Assembly: GCA_040880145.1 (NCBI GenBank)
Contig: JBBDIZ010000036.1
Span: forward strand, 23,019 to 61,872
DNA length: 38,854 nt
Direction: 5' to 3'
From: Simkaniaceae bacterium
Lineage (GTDB): Bacteria; Chlamydiota; Chlamydiia; Chlamydiales; JAJFMI01
The translations under genes and the position numbers were made by a program. The notes beneath the pieces were generated by a model. It had not been told where the DNA came from and did no database searches. It saw nothing but the letters and a program-made list of their open reading frames with translations. Shown here one piece after another: positions 36,701 to 38,854 of this stretch (positions are counted from its first letter, which is position 1; the number at the start of each line of letters is the position of its first letter).

Positions 36701-38771
36701 AGTTCCACTCTTCAGAAATTAGAGCCTTTCTTTGGCTAGAATAAATCGTCTTAGAAGTTTGCCGCTTAAAGAGATCATATCCATAATGAACTTCAGTGCC
36801 ATCTGAATACAAAGTTTTTTTTAAGGTGCCATTTCTATTGTAGAAATGGCGAATTTGAGTCTCATCAGCTTGAGTGATTAAAATGGGTTTTCTAAACAGA
36901 TTATAAGTGTTTAGAGTCTTCTCTTTGAGAGGCATTTCTACCAAAGTGAGGTTGCCATGTATGTCATAATCAAAATTCAGAATCGGACTACATGTTTGCC
37001 TCTTTTCATCCTTACATTTTGGAAGTTCGGTAGTCTTACGATTTCCGAAAAAGTCATAAGTATGAATTGTCTGATTTCCTCTAAAATCCGTTTGCGTAAG
37101 AATCCGACTTTTCAGATCATATGAAGTAATCGCGATTTTTCCTGTATCGGGCTCTTCGCAGGATTTAAGGCGATTTGCCTGATCGTAGGCGAAAACCTTT
37201 TTAGGAGAGCCGACCTCTTTAGATTCTTCGAGGCTACCATCATGTTTATAACGATAGGCATTTTCTCGACCCAAAGGAGTCGTTTTTCTCTTGACAGAAC
37301 TAAAATCATCATAGTCGGTTGTAATTGTATATCGGCTGACTCCCAATGCATCAAAAACTTCCTCAGTATGAACTCTCTGATTCAAATAGGTATATTTGAT
37401 TATTCTTAACAGTTTTAGAGTTTGAGTATTAAGGTCTAGGTAAGACTCGGAAAGCGATTCTGGTAGGCCAGAGACGTCATTGCGTTCATATCGTTTTTCG
37501 AGCCGCTGTGTTACATCTCTTATGTCATTTGGCTCTAAAGAGGACCCGTTATCTACGATTTCATGAATGATCAGATTGTCATCATTATAAAATGAAAATT
37601 CTCTGATCTGAATCCCCCCTTTTTTGTCTTTAGTTAGCTTAGCTGTACAAAGATCGGTTTCTGATTTGTAAAAATATTTGTAAGTCGGTCCATCTTCCTC
37701 ATGTTCAGTTTTGAGAAGATTAAACTGACCCTTGTAATAGGAGTAAGTTTTGCGATAACTTTCTCCGCCGCTACAGCGTCCAGCTGTATCGATTTGGAGA
37801 GGTGTTGTTTCATTCCCTGTGAGATATCCCCACAACGTTTCCTCTACAACATTACCTGCATCATAAATAAATGTTTTTGCAAATAACGGTTGATGGCTTT
37901 CATTGAACATTGCCTTGCAACGCAGCTCTGTCCCTTTCCAGTAAAATTTTTGAGAGGAACGAAGTTGATCTTTTTCGTTAAAATATTCGATCAAGGTCAG
38001 ACGCTCTGAATCATGGTGGTATCGAATGAGGAGTCCCTCAGCGTCTCTTACATCTGTTCCATTTGGGTAATAGGAAAAATTAGCGATCGCGATTTTTTCC
38101 CCATTAGGTCCTACGGGCGCCAGAATTTTTTTTACTTTATCTATGTGAAATTCTTTTTTCTCGGGTTTATAAGCCCATTTCCTCTCTTGATCCCTATTCG
38201 ATGGAAGATAATACTGAACCGAAAAGAGCTCTTTCCCTGCCAAATTGATAGAGGCCAGACGAGCGCCAATTCCCTTTCTCCCTGGAGTTAAATTAAATTT
38301 CTCTGAGGGGCGGCAGTTGCTTTGAATCTCATTGATATATTCGCGGTCTTCGTGACGGGTTGTTTTATAATGAAGTTGCTTCCCATCAGAGGTTTTGAAC
38401 TTGATCTCAAAAGGCTTTCTTTTTTCTGATGCAAAATAGTCGATGTCTACAGATGCATAAATTTTATTTCCAGATGGATTTGTCGACTCAATTCTTTTCA
38501 AATGAGTCGTTTTTTTATCATGAATATAACGTAGCTGATGGCCACTGGGAAGCTTTTCTGTATCAAGAAGGTAAAAAACCTTTCCCAAATTACTAGGATT
38601 ATACTCGTGTAAACTAGACCCTCGATATATCCTTTGTCCTCCATCTGGTAAGGATAAAGTGGCAACTCCTGCTTTTAGATCGAGCTCTAGAAAATTATTT
38701 TGCGAATTTATTCGACTGCTAAGTTTTCCTGAGGCTTTGCTTACGCTGTTCGTAGGTTTGAAAAAGATCAC
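33738..38771 (-). CDS. Rhs/YD-repeat polymorphic toxin with alpha/beta-hydrolase-like (DUF687-like) C-terminal domain; probably N-terminally truncated
   Basis: Many YD repeats (YDGAGR, YDPLG, YDASGN); core end PWRFSSKR..GLFFFGLRFYDPTLGRWLNPDPAGFVDGANLYVFVQNNPLNRLDLFGL; ~300-aa tip with NG..T, PHSENG, SNQD, DHGF. Confidence 0.92.
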   Translation of the reverse strand: MIFFKPTNSVSKASGKLSSRINSQNNFLELDLKAGVATLSLPDGGQRIYRGSSLHEYNPSNLGKVFYLLDTEKLPSGHQLRYIHDKKTTHLKRIESTNPSGNKIYASVDIDYFASEKRKPFEIKFKTSDGKQLHYKTTRHEDREYINEIQSNCRPSEKFNLTPGRKGIGARLASINLAGKELFSVQYYLPSNRDQERKWAYKPEKKEFHIDKVKKILAPVGPNGEKIAIANFSYYPNGTDVRDAEGLLIRYHHDSERLTLIEYFNEKDQLRSSQKFYWKGTELRCKAMFNESHQPLFAKTFIYDAGNVVEETLWGYLTGNETTPLQIDTAGRCSGGESYRKTYSYYKGQFNLLKTEHEEDGPTYKYFYKSETDLCTAKLTKDKKGGIQIREFSFYNDDNLIIHEIVDNGSSLEPNDIRDVTQRLEKRYERNDVSGLPESLSESYLDLNTQTLKLLRIIKYTYLNQRVHTEEVFDALGVSRYTITTDYDDFSSVKRKTTPLGRENAYRYKHDGSLEESKEVGSPKKVFAYDQANRLKSCEEPDTGKIAITSYDLKSRILTQTDFRGNQTIHTYDFFGNRKTTELPKCKDEKRQTCSPILNFDYDIHGNLTLVEMPLKEKTLNTYNLFRKPILITQADETQIRHFYNRNGTLKKTLYSDGTEVHYGYDLFKRQTSKTIYSSQRKALISEEWNYGSFQLLSYTDTRGLKTEFTYDGAGRKIAEEAQDRKITFAYDPLGFLEKMDNGIIALVQKYNVEGFIDEQWEEEPTGRIENWMKFSYDQENQKEKAFRKTSQGESVDLFNYTDGELSSHTDPNGYITTFIWNEFFQNELGQNVLQKTTTDPIGHTTVETYDAGKRIVSREKKNAQGQTVFKERFLYDASGNKAELISYVYADGMKIKEIPITWKYDVMGRVKAEIESGQKTTFYDYDSMGRLEWKILPNGVCLHYSYDGADRLQELTSSDGKIHYQYFYETGPDPVQISDLIQETALTRRYNLFGQVISETNSRGLSSRWDYDSIGRCILFTLPDGSSVAYLAKGIHIGAVQRKDPRGNLLYEHSYCKFDCNGRIAEEDCIFDLGKIQTTHDLLERPKSQTCSYLELSISYGPCGLVTRTHNSLFGEKFYKHDALNQLKEEGDQVYDFDSLGNPTEFEINNLNQIYATPECTLTYDDNGNPKEKMISNETIEYKFDPLGRLIKITTAQKRKVLYFYDPLSRLFAKETYTYTANAWKKEGKVFYLYDRDREIGTQGERGHLLELKILGLGIRGDIGAAVALEIGGNVYAPLHDFNGNIVAIVSPDGNIAEKYEIDAFGKEKSPAPFNPWRFSSKRSEEGLFFFGLRFYDPTLGRWLNPDPAGFVDGANLYVFVQNNPLNRLDLFGLISEDPFKQVQINIPVPVIPRLPGFNAFLAKGVINGIEVDFVLCCGHWHQLQFTPEELKTNNVDIMNHLHELTPTDGKYFNLVTVGNGVYTSLEECFNMSSQVGQKVGDTLLMALYNPTGLGPYGLGCGIDLDRVRKEREKIETPIVCLARQFMATTGEKLYNINPQSLWLCIPHSENGVITKRAIEGMTRVQQEILQKILYVFAVGPAEPLAQKQGASVINVYSNQDYITGFGLLGYAKRFMNNPDYDVRIISCISSRNDKNLWIADHGFLRPTYFKAWGDHINELKENFIFYEGSKNANSR

Positions 38772-38854
38772 ATATTTTGAGCTTTTATGACTATAGGCAT
38801 CAGGGCATTCTGATGAAAAAGATTTGACAATCTAATCATAAAATTTAGACTTTA

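Noticed and set aside
4442..38291. Remaining 60-140-aa ORFs nested in oppA, the peptidase, efflux genes, gshF, pat and rhs
   Set aside because: They overlap well-supported genes in antisense or alternative frames and have no motifs or RBS.
1..38854. tRNA, rRNA, transposase or integrase genes
   Set aside because: Intergenic gaps are short and AT-rich; no cloverleaf, rRNA signature or DDE/tyrosine-recombinase motifs were seen by eye (tRNAscan/Infernal not run).

Overview
A low-GC, gene-dense bacterial window whose gene families point to an environmental member of the Chlamydiota (CdsC/SctC-like secretin, DUF5399-like protein, paralogous OppA lipoproteins, chlamydial-type Rhs). The backbone encodes two OppA lipoproteins, an S9 peptidase, an MFS pump, an EmrAB-TolC-type pump, a bifunctional GshF glutathione synthetase, Ddl, FKBP and cyclophilin PPIases, and an acyl-CoA synthetase-GNAT fusion. 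Several accessory modules are embedded in it. (1) A >1150-aa exported ORF missed by the ORF track runs off the left edge and looks like the N-terminus of a transglutaminase-like/Rhs giant protein. (2) A translationally coupled operon links OppA, a 706-aa unknown, two membrane-anchored kinase-fold paralogs and DUF2227. (3) A 1.36-kb island bounded by a 150-bp direct repeat carries an apparently disarmed polymorphic toxin and an intact immunity-like gene. (4) A stand-alone short CdsC-like secretin and DUF5399-like gene are interleaved with two AT-rich Inc-like paralogs sharing a promoter motif. (5) A stand-alone EndoU-motif RNase has an effector-like N-terminus and no adjacent immunity gene. (6) An Rhs toxin with an alpha/beta-hydrolase-like tip and an exported immunity candidate lies at the right edge. 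Small TATACC...GGTATA palindromic elements recur next to the accessory genes. No rRNA, tRNA, CRISPR array, integrase or transposase was seen. Family assignments come from motif recognition by eye and need HMM or structure confirmation.
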